DNA from: Armatimonadota bacterium
GTDB taxonomy: Bacteria > Armatimonadota > UBA5829 > DTLH01
Reading direction: 5' to 3'
DNA: 51,115 nt
NCBI GenBank assembly: GCA_039680575.1
Contig: JBDKSP010000085.1
Coordinates: 1-51,115, forward strand
Below the pieces are notes generated by a model. That model was not told the DNA's origin. It searched no databases and was given only the letters and a program-made list of their open reading frames with translations. Every line of letters begins with the position of its first letter. Position 1 is the stretch's first letter. Positions 30,052 to 38,124 of the stretch are shown here, one piece after another. The position numbers and the translations under genes were made by a program.

Positions 30052-31497
30052 TTGAAAGAATTTACTGAAAAAGTCCTGCAGAAAGCTAAAGACCTCGGCG
30101 CAAGCTATGCCGATGTCAGGATCGTAAAAGGCGCATCCGAGTCTATAAGCGTCAAAAAAGGCAATGTAGATTCGCTCGCGTCATCGACCAACTATGGGTT
30201 CGGCGTGCGGGTCATCGTGAACGGTTCATGGGGGTTTTCGTCAAGCTCCATGGTCCGTGACGATGAGATAGACCGAGTCGTCGATGAAGCCGTGCGCATT
30301 GCAAGAGCGAGTTCCTATGTGAAGAAAGAAGATGTCAAACTCGCTCCTGTCGAGCCGGTAGAAGGCAAATTCAAAAGCGAGTGGAAAGTAAACCCATTCG
30401 AAGTCCCTCTCGAAGAGAAGATCAGCCTGCTGCTTGACGCCGACAGTATTATGCGGGAACAGCCGGAAGTGAAGATATCCGAAGGTTCCATGCGGTTCTG
30501 GCGGACTGATAACACTTTTGCAAGCACCGAAGGCAGCTATATAGAACAAACCAAGATAGAGAGCGGCGCGGGGATAACTGCGACCGCAATCGAGTCTGGA
30601 GAGATGCAGCGTCGGTCGTACCCCGCATCCAAAGGCGGCGCATTCCAGTCGAGCGGCTACGAATTTATAGAGAGTTGGGACCTTGCCGGTCATGCCGAAG
30701 AGATTGCAAAAGAAGCAGCCGACCTTCTGAAAGCCCCTCAGTGCCCGTCAGGTGTCAACGACCTCATAATAGATAAGGATATGCTCGCGCTGCAGGTCCA
30801 CGAGTCCTGTGGACACCCGGTAGAGCTGGACAGGGTCTTCGGCACAGAGGCAGCATTCGCAGGAACGAGCTTCCTGACTCCTGAGAAGCTGGATAACTTC
30901 CGCTACGGCTCCGAATCGGTAAATATAGTAGCCGATGCGACTGCTCCCGGCGGTATGGGCACGTTTGCTTATGACGACGAAGGCGTTCCAGCTCAGCGCG
31001 TCGATATAATCAAAGAAGGCATCTTCTCCGGGTATCTCTCGTCCAGAGAGACCGCTGCTCAGATGGGATGGGATGCAAGCGGCGGCGCGATGAGGGCTTC
31101 TGGATGGAACAGGATCCCTATCATCAGGATGACAAACATCAACCTGATGCCTGGAGACTGGACGCTCGACGAGATCATCAAAGACACGAAGAAGGGCATC
31201 CTTGGGCGTGCGGTTACGTCGTGGAGTATCGACGACAAGCGGCTCAACTTCCAGTTCGGGACAGAGATCGGTTATGTGATCAACGATGGAAGTATTACCG
31301 GGATCGTGAAGAACGTCACGTACACGGGCATTACCCCTGAGTTCTGGGGCAGTTGCGATGCCGTCTCGAACAAGGACGAATGGGAGATGAGAGGCACGCC
31401 GAACTGCGGTAAAGGCGAGCCCGGTCAGGTTATACATGTCGGGCATGGAGTAGCCCCGGCGCGGTTCAGGAACGTGCGGGTAGGGGTAATGGAGTAA
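30052..31497 (+). CDS. tldD: TldD-family metalloprotease, copy 2 (probable TTG start)
   Basis: Close paralog of 26726-28207; HESCGH and NCGKGEPGQ intact. Confidence 0.93.
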   Translation: MKEFTEKVLQKAKDLGASYADVRIVKGASESISVKKGNVDSLASSTNYGFGVRVIVNGSWGFSSSSMVRDDEIDRVVDEAVRIARASSYVKKEDVKLAPVEPVEGKFKSEWKVNPFEVPLEEKISLLLDADSIMREQPEVKISEGSMRFWRTDNTFASTEGSYIEQTKIESGAGITATAIESGEMQRRSYPASKGGAFQSSGYEFIESWDLAGHAEEIAKEAADLLKAPQCPSGVNDLIIDKDMLALQVHESCGHPVELDRVFGTEAAFAGTSFLTPEKLDNFRYGSESVNIVADATAPGGMGTFAYDDEGVPAQRVDIIKEGIFSGYLSSRETAAQMGWDASGGAMRASGWNRIPIIRMTNINLMPGDWTLDEIIKDTKKGILGRAVTSWSIDDKRLNFQFGTEIGYVINDGSITGIVKNVTYTGITPEFWGSCDAVSNKDEWEMRGTPNCGKGEPGQVIHVGHGVAPARFRNVRVGVME

Positions 31498-31511
31498 CCG
31501 GAGGCAATTTG

Positions 31512-32162
31512 ATGAGCTCAGTACTTATTGTACAAGGCGGATGGGAAGGGCACGAGCCCGTACAGGTCTCGGAAATACTTGCGGGCGTGCTCCGCGAGCA
31601 CAGCTTCGATGTCGAAATCTCAGATACTCTCGATGCGTTCAAGGATCAGGCAAGACTGGAATCGTTGGACCTCATAGTCCCGCTCTGGACGATGGGGACT
31701 ATCACCCAGGAACAGCTTGGCCCGATACTGACGGCTATCAGAAACGGCGTCGGAGTTGCCGGACTGCATGGCGGCATGGGCGATGCTTTCAGAAACGAGA
31801 CTGAATGGCAGTTCATGGTCGGCGGCCAGTGGGTTGCCCATCCGGGCGGTGTTATCGACTATGAAGTGAATATCGCCAATAAGTATGACCCCATTACAGT
31901 TGGGCTTAATGACTTCAGAATGCACTCCGAGCAGTATTACATGCACGTCGATCCTTCGAATGAAGTGCTGGCGATGACTACTTTCAGCGGTGACAATGCG
32001 TTCTGGATCGCCGGGACGGTAATGCCTGTCGTCTGGAAGAGACATTACGGCAAAGGCCGCGTCTTCTATAGTTCCCTGGGACATGTCGCAGCCGATCTGA
32101 GCGTCCCAGAAGCGCTTATCATTATGACCAGAGGCATGCTCTGGGCCGCAGGTAAGCTGTAG
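31512..32162 (+). CDS. ThuA-like (class I GATase fold) domain protein
   Basis: [38 protein letters not shown]. Confidence 0.9.
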   Translation: MSSVLIVQGGWEGHEPVQVSEILAGVLREHSFDVEISDTLDAFKDQARLESLDLIVPLWTMGTITQEQLGPILTAIRNGVGVAGLHGGMGDAFRNETEWQFMVGGQWVAHPGGVIDYEVNIANKYDPITVGLNDFRMHSEQYYMHVDPSNEVLAMTTFSGDNAFWIAGTVMPVVWKRHYGKGRVFYSSLGHVAADLSVPEALIIMTRGMLWAAGKL

Positions 32163-32209
32163 AGTTCTACGAAATCAGCGCAAATTATACCAGAGAGGTT
32201 CATTACATC

Positions 32210-32238
32210 TTGACAAGCGAACAAATGTTCGGTATTAT
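32210..32238 (+). promoter_or_regulatory. Sigma70 promoter with LexA (SOS) box in the spacer
   Basis: TTGACA 32210-32215, 17-bp spacer, TATTAT 32233-32238; CGAACAAATGTTCG 32218-32231 matches CGAAC-N4-GTTCG. Confidence 0.9.
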
Positions 32239-32276
32239 GTCTAATAAGCATAAAGACGTTGTGTTGAGGGTGGCGT

Positions 32277-32537
32277 ATGGAAATAGTCACTGTCGACGAA
32301 GAGGTTCGAGTGGGAGCGGCGTTCGACAATAGAAAGATATGCCCGGTATGGTTCCTGTGGCGGAGCCGGTATTACAAGGTAAGGAGGGTTACCTACAACT
32401 GGCGGAGCAGCCTGGGAATCGAAAAGCTGTACTACTTCGCCGTTATCGTGGCTGGCGGCAGCAGTGTGTATGAGTTGTGTTTCAACTCCGGTTCTCTTGA
32501 GTGGACGCTTTCCAGGATCAGCGGAGGTGACGAATGA
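32277..32537 (+). CDS. Small beta-rich protein (DUF6504-like) upstream of the Y-family polymerase
   Basis: PVWFLWRSRYYKV...W...YELCF...W pattern; ATGA overlap with the polymerase gene. Confidence 0.75.
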   Translation: MEIVTVDEEVRVGAAFDNRKICPVWFLWRSRYYKVRRVTYNWRSSLGIEKLYYFAVIVAGGSSVYELCFNSGSLEWTLSRISGGDE

Positions 32538-33727
32538 TGGGTGATCGGACGATCATTCTGGTGGATATGGACGCGTTTTTCGCAAGCATCGAGCAGCAGT
32601 GCAACCCTGCTCTTAGGGGTAAGCCTGTCCTGGTCGGCGGAAGTCTGACCGAACGCTCCGTAATCTCCGCTGCGAGCTACGAAGCTCGGGCTTATGGCGT
32701 CCATTCAGCCATGCCTGTTATGGAGGCGATTGGTCGATGCCCCGATGCAGTTCTGATACACGGAAACCTGAGCAAATACACGGATACGGCGCACCGGGTC
32801 TTTAAAATCTGCGGCGATTATACAGACCTGATGGAGATATATTCGATAGACGAGTGTTTTTTGGATGTTACCGGCACGGCGGAGCGTTTCGGTGGGGCGT
32901 GGGAGGTAGCCAGGAACATCAAGCGCCGTATAAAGTCCGAGTTGGGGCTGACCTGTTCGATAGGAATTGCTCAGAACAAGATGCTCTCCAAGCTCGCCTC
33001 CGGGATGGGGAAGCCGGACGGGCTGACGGAGATAAAGCGGGATGATGTAGAGGCGCTTCTGAAAGACCTGCCGGTGGAGAAACTGCATGGGATCGGGGAT
33101 AAAGTCAGGGTAAGGCTCGCAAGGATGGGGATTACGAAGGCGAGCGAGCTTGCCGGGGCTTCGAAACCTATGCTCAAGCGCGAGTTCGGTGTCTTCGGCG
33201 ATGTGCTTTATTGGATGGGAAACGGCGTGGACCAGTCTCCGATAATCCCGTATCACAGCGAGCCTGACATGAAGTCAGTTGGGCATTCGTATACGATGGA
33301 ACGGAACACGAGGGACTTGAATATAGTGTGCCGCCACGTGCTGAGGCTTTCGGAGATGGTAGGCCGCCGTCTCAGGGAGCAGCACTTTGCCGGCAGGACG
33401 GTCACGCTTGTAGTAAGATATGCCGATATGCACACATTCAGCCGCCAGAGGAGCATTCCAGAGTATATCGACGATGGATACGCTATCTACAAGGCTGCGC
33501 TGTCGATCCTTAAAAAGCAGGAGGATGACAAGCGTGCCATCCGGTTGGTGGGAGTATGCGTATCCAACCTGGTAAAAGGCGCATGCCAGCTCGACCTTTT
33601 TGCTGATCCCCGCGCTCGCAGCCTGCTCAAGGCCATGGACGCCATCAATGACAGATACGGGGAATTTGCCATCAAACGGGCCAGGCTGGTCACAAATTGC
33701 TGTATCACTCAATCGTATAATGGCTAA
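32534..33727 (+). CDS. dinB: Y-family DNA polymerase (DinB/PolY)
   Basis: VDMDAFFAS, SYEAR, YSIDE, clamp motif QLDLF. Confidence 0.93.
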   Translation: MMGDRTIILVDMDAFFASIEQQCNPALRGKPVLVGGSLTERSVISAASYEARAYGVHSAMPVMEAIGRCPDAVLIHGNLSKYTDTAHRVFKICGDYTDLMEIYSIDECFLDVTGTAERFGGAWEVARNIKRRIKSELGLTCSIGIAQNKMLSKLASGMGKPDGLTEIKRDDVEALLKDLPVEKLHGIGDKVRVRLARMGITKASELAGASKPMLKREFGVFGDVLYWMGNGVDQSPIIPYHSEPDMKSVGHSYTMERNTRDLNIVCRHVLRLSEMVGRRLREQHFAGRTVTLVVRYADMHTFSRQRSIPEYIDDGYAIYKAALSILKKQEDDKRAIRLVGVCVSNLVKGACQLDLFADPRARSLLKAMDAINDRYGEFAIKRARLVTNCCITQSYNG

Positions 33728-33833
33728 ATATTGTCGACATCGATGCAGCGCAGTAAGCTGGATGTGCAGAAACATGAATTGTTGTTGTATAAGTGGATAA
33801 TAACAATACCATATGGTCACGCGATCCTTAATA

Positions 33834-33862
33834 TTGACATATTCTTATAGTGGAGTTATACT
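33834..33862 (+). promoter_or_regulatory. Sigma70 promoter of the histidine kinase gene
   Basis: TTGACA-N17-TATACT. Confidence 0.65.
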
Positions 33863-33917
33863 GATGCCGAATGTGCAGAGCTGTATATTCAAGCAATGAA
33901 CTATCAAGCAAGATGTA

Positions 33918-35198
33918 ATGACTGATAAGCGCAAGGCAGCGATGTATCACAGCAGGATGCAGCTTTACCAATTGACCGACCTCGATAATCTCATTAATGC
34001 GGCGAAATCAGCGGCGCATGTGGCAGGTGCTGTCGTAAGTTTGTTTGCATTCGATAATGCCGGTCCTTTGCCGGTCGCGCCCGGCGCGCCCATGTTGTTT
34101 TTTCCCGACAACAGGACGCAGGACGATATACGAAACCAGCTCGATTACCACTGGAAAGCCGCCATGTCACCGGAAGCCCCCGTTTGTGTCCGTGGCGCGG
34201 ACCGGTTTACTTTTCACAGCAGCAGAATAGTGCTTCGCGATAACGAACATGAGTATCAGAAAGCAGCTATTACCGTGGCTATCCCCAAATCCGTCTCATC
34301 CGAGGATTCATCCTCTGTCTGCGACATGATCGACTGCATCTGCAGGAGCGTGTCTGCCGAGATAAGCGCGCATTACGCTCTTCAGCGCTCGAAAGCTCCC
34401 AATGAGACTGCCAGAGAAGAAATGATGGCGAAGAAGGAGTTGGAGAAGCATTCCGAGGAGCTCGAAGTCGAAAACCGTAGGATTATAGAGACCGCAAAAC
34501 AGAAAGACCGGTTTCTGCTCAGCATTACTCACGATCTGAAGACACCTCTGACATCGATTATCGGGTTTACGGAGATACTGCTGGAGGAAAGCGAAGGAGA
34601 ATTTACGTCTAGGCAAAAGGAGATGCTGCAGCGGGTAAGCTGGAACGCCACATGGCTGCTCAAGATGATCAATGATCTCCTGGATTTGGCTAAAATGGAG
34701 TCGGGAAAGATGGAATTGCGGCTGTCTAGGGTCAGTTTGCCTGCTATTACCGATCATGTGATACATACGATGGTCCCACTCGTCAAAGGCAGGAATTTGA
34801 CCCTTTCGGTGGAGCTTGCAGAGGACCTTCCGCTGTTATACACTGATGAACAGAAGCTGACCCAGATTATCATCAACCTGGTCTCAAACGCCGTAAAGTT
34901 CACCTCCGAAGGACGTGTAACCATAGAGGCGCATTTATGTGAAGGTGAGGTCGTTATAACCGTCTCGGATACGGGCATAGGCATAAAGCAGAGCGACTTC
35001 GAGGCGATATTCGAGGAGTTCAGGCAGGTTGGCGGGCAGAAGTTATCAAACAGTGGGACAGGTCTCGGACTCGCCATTACCAGCAGGCTGGTCAAGGTTT
35101 TAAATGGAGAGATAGGTGTATGCAGTGAGGTTGGATGTGGGTCCGCTTTCACTGTGAAGTTGCCTCTCTCTTACACTAAAGAGTTTCGGCTGAAATGA
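33918..35198 (+). CDS. Soluble sensor histidine kinase (HisKA + HATPase)
   Basis: THDLKTPLTSI H-box, NLVSNAVKFT N-box, DTGIGI, GTGLGL; no TM segment. Confidence 0.93.
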   Translation: MTDKRKAAMYHSRMQLYQLTDLDNLINAAKSAAHVAGAVVSLFAFDNAGPLPVAPGAPMLFFPDNRTQDDIRNQLDYHWKAAMSPEAPVCVRGADRFTFHSSRIVLRDNEHEYQKAAITVAIPKSVSSEDSSSVCDMIDCICRSVSAEISAHYALQRSKAPNETAREEMMAKKELEKHSEELEVENRRIIETAKQKDRFLLSITHDLKTPLTSIIGFTEILLEESEGEFTSRQKEMLQRVSWNATWLLKMINDLLDLAKMESGKMELRLSRVSLPAITDHVIHTMVPLVKGRNLTLSVELAEDLPLLYTDEQKLTQIIINLVSNAVKFTSEGRVTIEAHLCEGEVVITVSDTGIGIKQSDFEAIFEEFRQVGGQKLSNSGTGLGLAITSRLVKVLNGEIGVCSEVGCGSAFTVKLPLSYTKEFRLK

Positions 35199-35366
35199 TA
35201 TTGCTTACTCGCTAAATCAACTGCCAAAACTCTCCCGGAAGATTATCGGCTATGGCCGATAATCCATAGATTCAGGGTCCATAATCTTCCTGGATTCCGA
35301 GTCAAGCTCGGAATGACGTTGCGATAATTCAGCATGATGTTGTACTCATCAACTCTGGAACTCTTA
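35180..35366 (+). repeat. AGAGTTT-family unit fused to the right half of the composite palindromic element (copy 4)
   Basis: 35180-35233 is an inverted match to 272-326; 35225-35366 matches 29874-30012. Confidence 0.85.
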
Positions 35367-35376
35367 CCTAAATTTG

Positions 35377-35405
35377 TTGACATGGGGTAGGCCAGGTGGT
35401 ATACT
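35377..35405 (+). promoter_or_regulatory. Sigma70 promoter of the tRNA-Arg pair
   Basis: TTGACA-N17-TATACT with TGn extension. Confidence 0.8.
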
Positions 35406-35422
35406 AACGGCGTTGGAAATAT

Positions 35423-35498
35423 GCGCTTGTAGCTCAGGGGATAGAGCGAAAGGTTGCGGACCTTTAGGTCGGGGGTTCGAATCCCTTCAAGCGCGCCA
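35423..35498 (+). tRNA. tRNA-Arg(GCG)
   Basis: Acceptor GCGCTTG/CAAGCGC, anticodon arm AAAGG-TTGCGGA-CCTTT, GGTTCGAATC, encoded CCA. Confidence 0.95.
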
Positions 35499-35501
35499 CA
35501 A

Positions 35502-35577
35502 GCCCTTGTAGCTCACTGGATAGAGCGCCTCCGTCCTAAGGAGGGCGTAGGGGGTTCGATTCCCTCCAAGGGCGCCA
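35502..35577 (+). tRNA. tRNA-Arg(CCT)
   Basis: Acceptor GCCCTTG/CAAGGGC, anticodon arm CCTCC-GTCCTAA-GGAGG, GGTTCGATTC, CCA. Confidence 0.95.
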
Positions 35578-35585
35578 ATAATAAG

Positions 35586-35615
35586 TAAAATGGCGGGGAT
35601 TACCCCGCCATTTTA
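35586..35615. terminator. Bidirectional intrinsic terminator
   Basis: taaaatggcgggg-atta-ccccgccatttta. Confidence 0.85.
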
Positions 35616-35634
35616 TTGAGAATTTACCCCACGC

Positions 35635-35723
<89 letters not shown>

Positions 35724-35784
35724 TTCAAAAAGACTGGTTTTCCACAGGGTAATGAATTACCTGAAATGTGGGAATCTGGCCTTC

Positions 35785-35803
35785 TGCCCACCGTTTGCCC
35801 ACC
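35785..35803. repeat. Putative integrase arm-type binding sites
   Basis: tgcccacc direct repeat at 35785 and 35796 (11-bp period) between the tRNA and the integrase stop. Confidence 0.5.
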
Positions 35804-35813
35804 AAATTAGGAA

Positions 35814-36998
35814 TTACCATCCAAGAGCTTCATCGAATTTATCAGCAACTGATTGATTGAGAGTAGGGAAGAGGTGCCCGTAACGGTCCATCGTAATAGA
35901 TATAGAGGAGTGTCCAAGTCGCTCAGATATAACCTTTACATGTTCGCCCTGGGCTATGAGTAAGGCGACATGGGTATGGCGCAGATCATGGAAGCGTATC
36001 TGGGTAATATCAAGGTGACTTACCATTGTTCTGAATGCATCGGTAAGAAGATCAGGTACTACCATTGAGCCGTCAGGCCGTGAACATACAAGGCCTGTAA
36101 CCTTATATTCTCTGCCCAATAAGAGCTTGTTTTGCGCCTGCCGGGCTTTTTGTTTCATCAATTCATCTACAGTCTTTTGAGAGATTGGTATAACCCTGTT
36201 TTTTCCTGTCTTTGTTCCCTTGATTGTTAATTTCCTACCGTCTGTTTGCTGCAGAGATCTGGATACGGTTATTGTTTTAGCATCCAGGTTGACATCTTTC
36301 CAGCGAAGAGCCAATATCTCTCCACGTCTCATGCCAGTTGATATAGCTAACACTATTGCAATATTGTAATTGTGTGGTCGGGCATGATCGAGTAGTTTTT
36401 TGATCTCATCCTTATTGAGAATCTTCATTTCCGACTTTGTCTGCTTTGGCGGTTTAGCGGCATCAGCCGGATTACTTGGTATCAAGTGCCAGGCAACAGC
36501 ATCTGCGAGCGCTTTGTGGAGTAGGGTATGGTGATGGCGTACAGTTAACGCAGACAGCCCTTTTGGTTTCGGTTTCGGTTCACCCTCTTTTAGTGGCTTT
36601 ACGGGCTTTACAATACGCCCGTTTTCGTAACGATCATTGTAATACTTTTGTATGTGCAATGGTCTTAATTCGAAAAGGAGAATATTGCCGATGTTCGGAT
36701 TGATATGCGTATGGATGATTTTTGCATATTCTTCCCTCGTTTTTTCTGCAAGCGTTGCTTTGGCGAACTCGAGCCATTGCGCTAAAAAATCTGCGAGTTT
36801 CAGTTTCGACGGCTCGATATATTTCCCCGCTTGAATCTCGGCAAGAATTTCATTTAACCGTCGCTGGGCGTCTCGTTTTGTGCCGCGGACTGTTTCATAT
36901 CCCTGCTTGCGTTTTCCAGATGCGTCCTTCTGCAGTTCGTAAGTAATCTGCCAACGATGGTCTCCGCGATTTCTGATCGACCCTCTTGTTCCGCTCAT
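35814..36998 (-). CDS. Tyrosine integrase (ICEBs1/phage-like)
   Basis: TGMRRGEILAL, KT, RFHDLRHT, RLGHSS...TMDRYGH; N-terminal arm-binding domain. Confidence 0.97.
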   Translation of the reverse strand: MSGTRGSIRNRGDHRWQITYELQKDASGKRKQGYETVRGTKRDAQRRLNEILAEIQAGKYIEPSKLKLADFLAQWLEFAKATLAEKTREEYAKIIHTHINPNIGNILLFELRPLHIQKYYNDRYENGRIVKPVKPLKEGEPKPKPKGLSALTVRHHHTLLHKALADAVAWHLIPSNPADAAKPPKQTKSEMKILNKDEIKKLLDHARPHNYNIAIVLAISTGMRRGEILALRWKDVNLDAKTITVSRSLQQTDGRKLTIKGTKTGKNRVIPISQKTVDELMKQKARQAQNKLLLGREYKVTGLVCSRPDGSMVVPDLLTDAFRTMVSHLDITQIRFHDLRHTHVALLIAQGEHVKVISERLGHSSISITMDRYGHLFPTLNQSVADKFDEALGW

Positions 36999-37010
36999 AT
37001 TTCACCCTGA

Positions 37011-37184
37011 CTATTTCTGATCGTGGATATCTTGCAGCTCATTCATTCTGCGCACAGCATCCCTTTTGCAGCCATGTATAGTCTCATACTGCCGCCGGCG
37101 TTTTCCGTCACTTTCGCGCAGAAGCTCGACGGATATTTGCCACTTCAGATCATTGAGATTACCAATTCTGCGGATTGATCCCAT
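37011..37184 (-). CDS. 57-aa stand-alone integrase arm-binding-domain paralog
   Basis: Aligns to the integrase N-terminus; GGGGAGAGG RBS before the ATG at 37184. Confidence 0.75.
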   Translation of the reverse strand: MGSIRRIGNLNDLKWQISVELLRESDGKRRRQYETIHGCKRDAVRRMNELQDIHDQK

Positions 37185-37312
37185 ATTATCCTCTCCCCTT
37201 ATAATGCAAAACAGGCAGCTCACGCCCCGCCAGAGGATGAACTGCCTGTTTACACGATGCCGTGATCACAGCATCAAATCTGTATGTTTGCCTGGCGGGG
37301 CTTTTCTCATTG

Positions 37313-37321
37313 ATTATAGCA
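37313..37321 (-). promoter_or_regulatory. Extended -10 promoter for the small ORF-integrase operon
   Basis: TGcTATAAT on the minus strand. Confidence 0.65.
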
Positions 37322-37470
37322 CAGTCTATTTAAGTATAGCTGCGGTCAGTGAATGGTCAGAGCAATCTCATCTAATATCAGGGGATGCTGTTTGTGGCAG
37401 CGCAGGAAAGATATACTGGATGTTTGGTCTGCGATGCGATGCCTCAGCGCAACAGAAATATCATATACAT

Positions 37471-37527
37471 TTCCTGTAAATATTCCTGTAAATATTATTT
37501 GACATCTGACAGCCTGCCTGCTATACT
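37471..37527 (+). promoter_or_regulatory. Sigma70 promoter for the island cargo with an upstream 12-bp tandem repeat
   Basis: ttcctgtaaata x2 (37471-37494), TTGACA 37499-37504, N17, TATACT 37522-37527. Confidence 0.7.
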
Positions 37528-37869
37528 TCCGTCGAGCCAGCAGTATCGGCTTATGCAAGTTGTAATACCAAGATGGGAAATACGACGTGTAAGACCGTCC
37601 AAGTGTTGCTGGCGCCACTTGATTACTCTCCACTTCGTCATCCCTGCCATAACTGATGAGTTATCACCAGCCCTTGCAGTACTTTGGGCATATCCGCCGG
37701 AGATTTCCGGAAAAGGAGTGTAAGGATGCGCAGTATGTCTTTTGGTTGCAGTACCACGTATCAAAAGCTGGAATTCACCACTGATGTGGGCACTTCACGG
37801 CCTCCTCCTGATATTTATCTTCCTATATCTGAAGTGATCACTATGACCATAAAGAAAGGAGATACATAA

Positions 37870-38124
37870 ATGTCAGGATACTCAAAGATCATTGTTATTT
37901 TAGCATTGATTGCTGTAACAGCAGCACTTGCAGTGCCTGCTGTGGCGGACGGCTGGGACTTTAAGTCTCAGGTCTCTAGTAAGGGCAATCCCAACGAGGA
38001 CATAATGATAAACCTGAAGTCGAAAGCAGCGAATGTTCATTACACAGTCTGGAAAACAAGCCACGTATCAACCCCAAGAGGAAACAACATACAGATAGCT
38101 CTTGAAAAGGATGGTGGAAGATGA
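37870..38124 (+). CDS. Small secreted hypothetical protein
   Basis: AAGGAG RBS, signal peptide ending AVA, ATGA overlap with the next gene. Confidence 0.7.
   Translation: MSGYSKIIVILALIAVTAALAVPAVADGWDFKSQVSSKGNPNEDIMINLKSKAANVHYTVWKTSHVSTPRGNNIQIALEKDGGR

Noticed and set aside
37650..37670. CTGATGAG as a hammerhead ribozyme core
   Set aside because: No stem II followed by GAAA in the required arrangement
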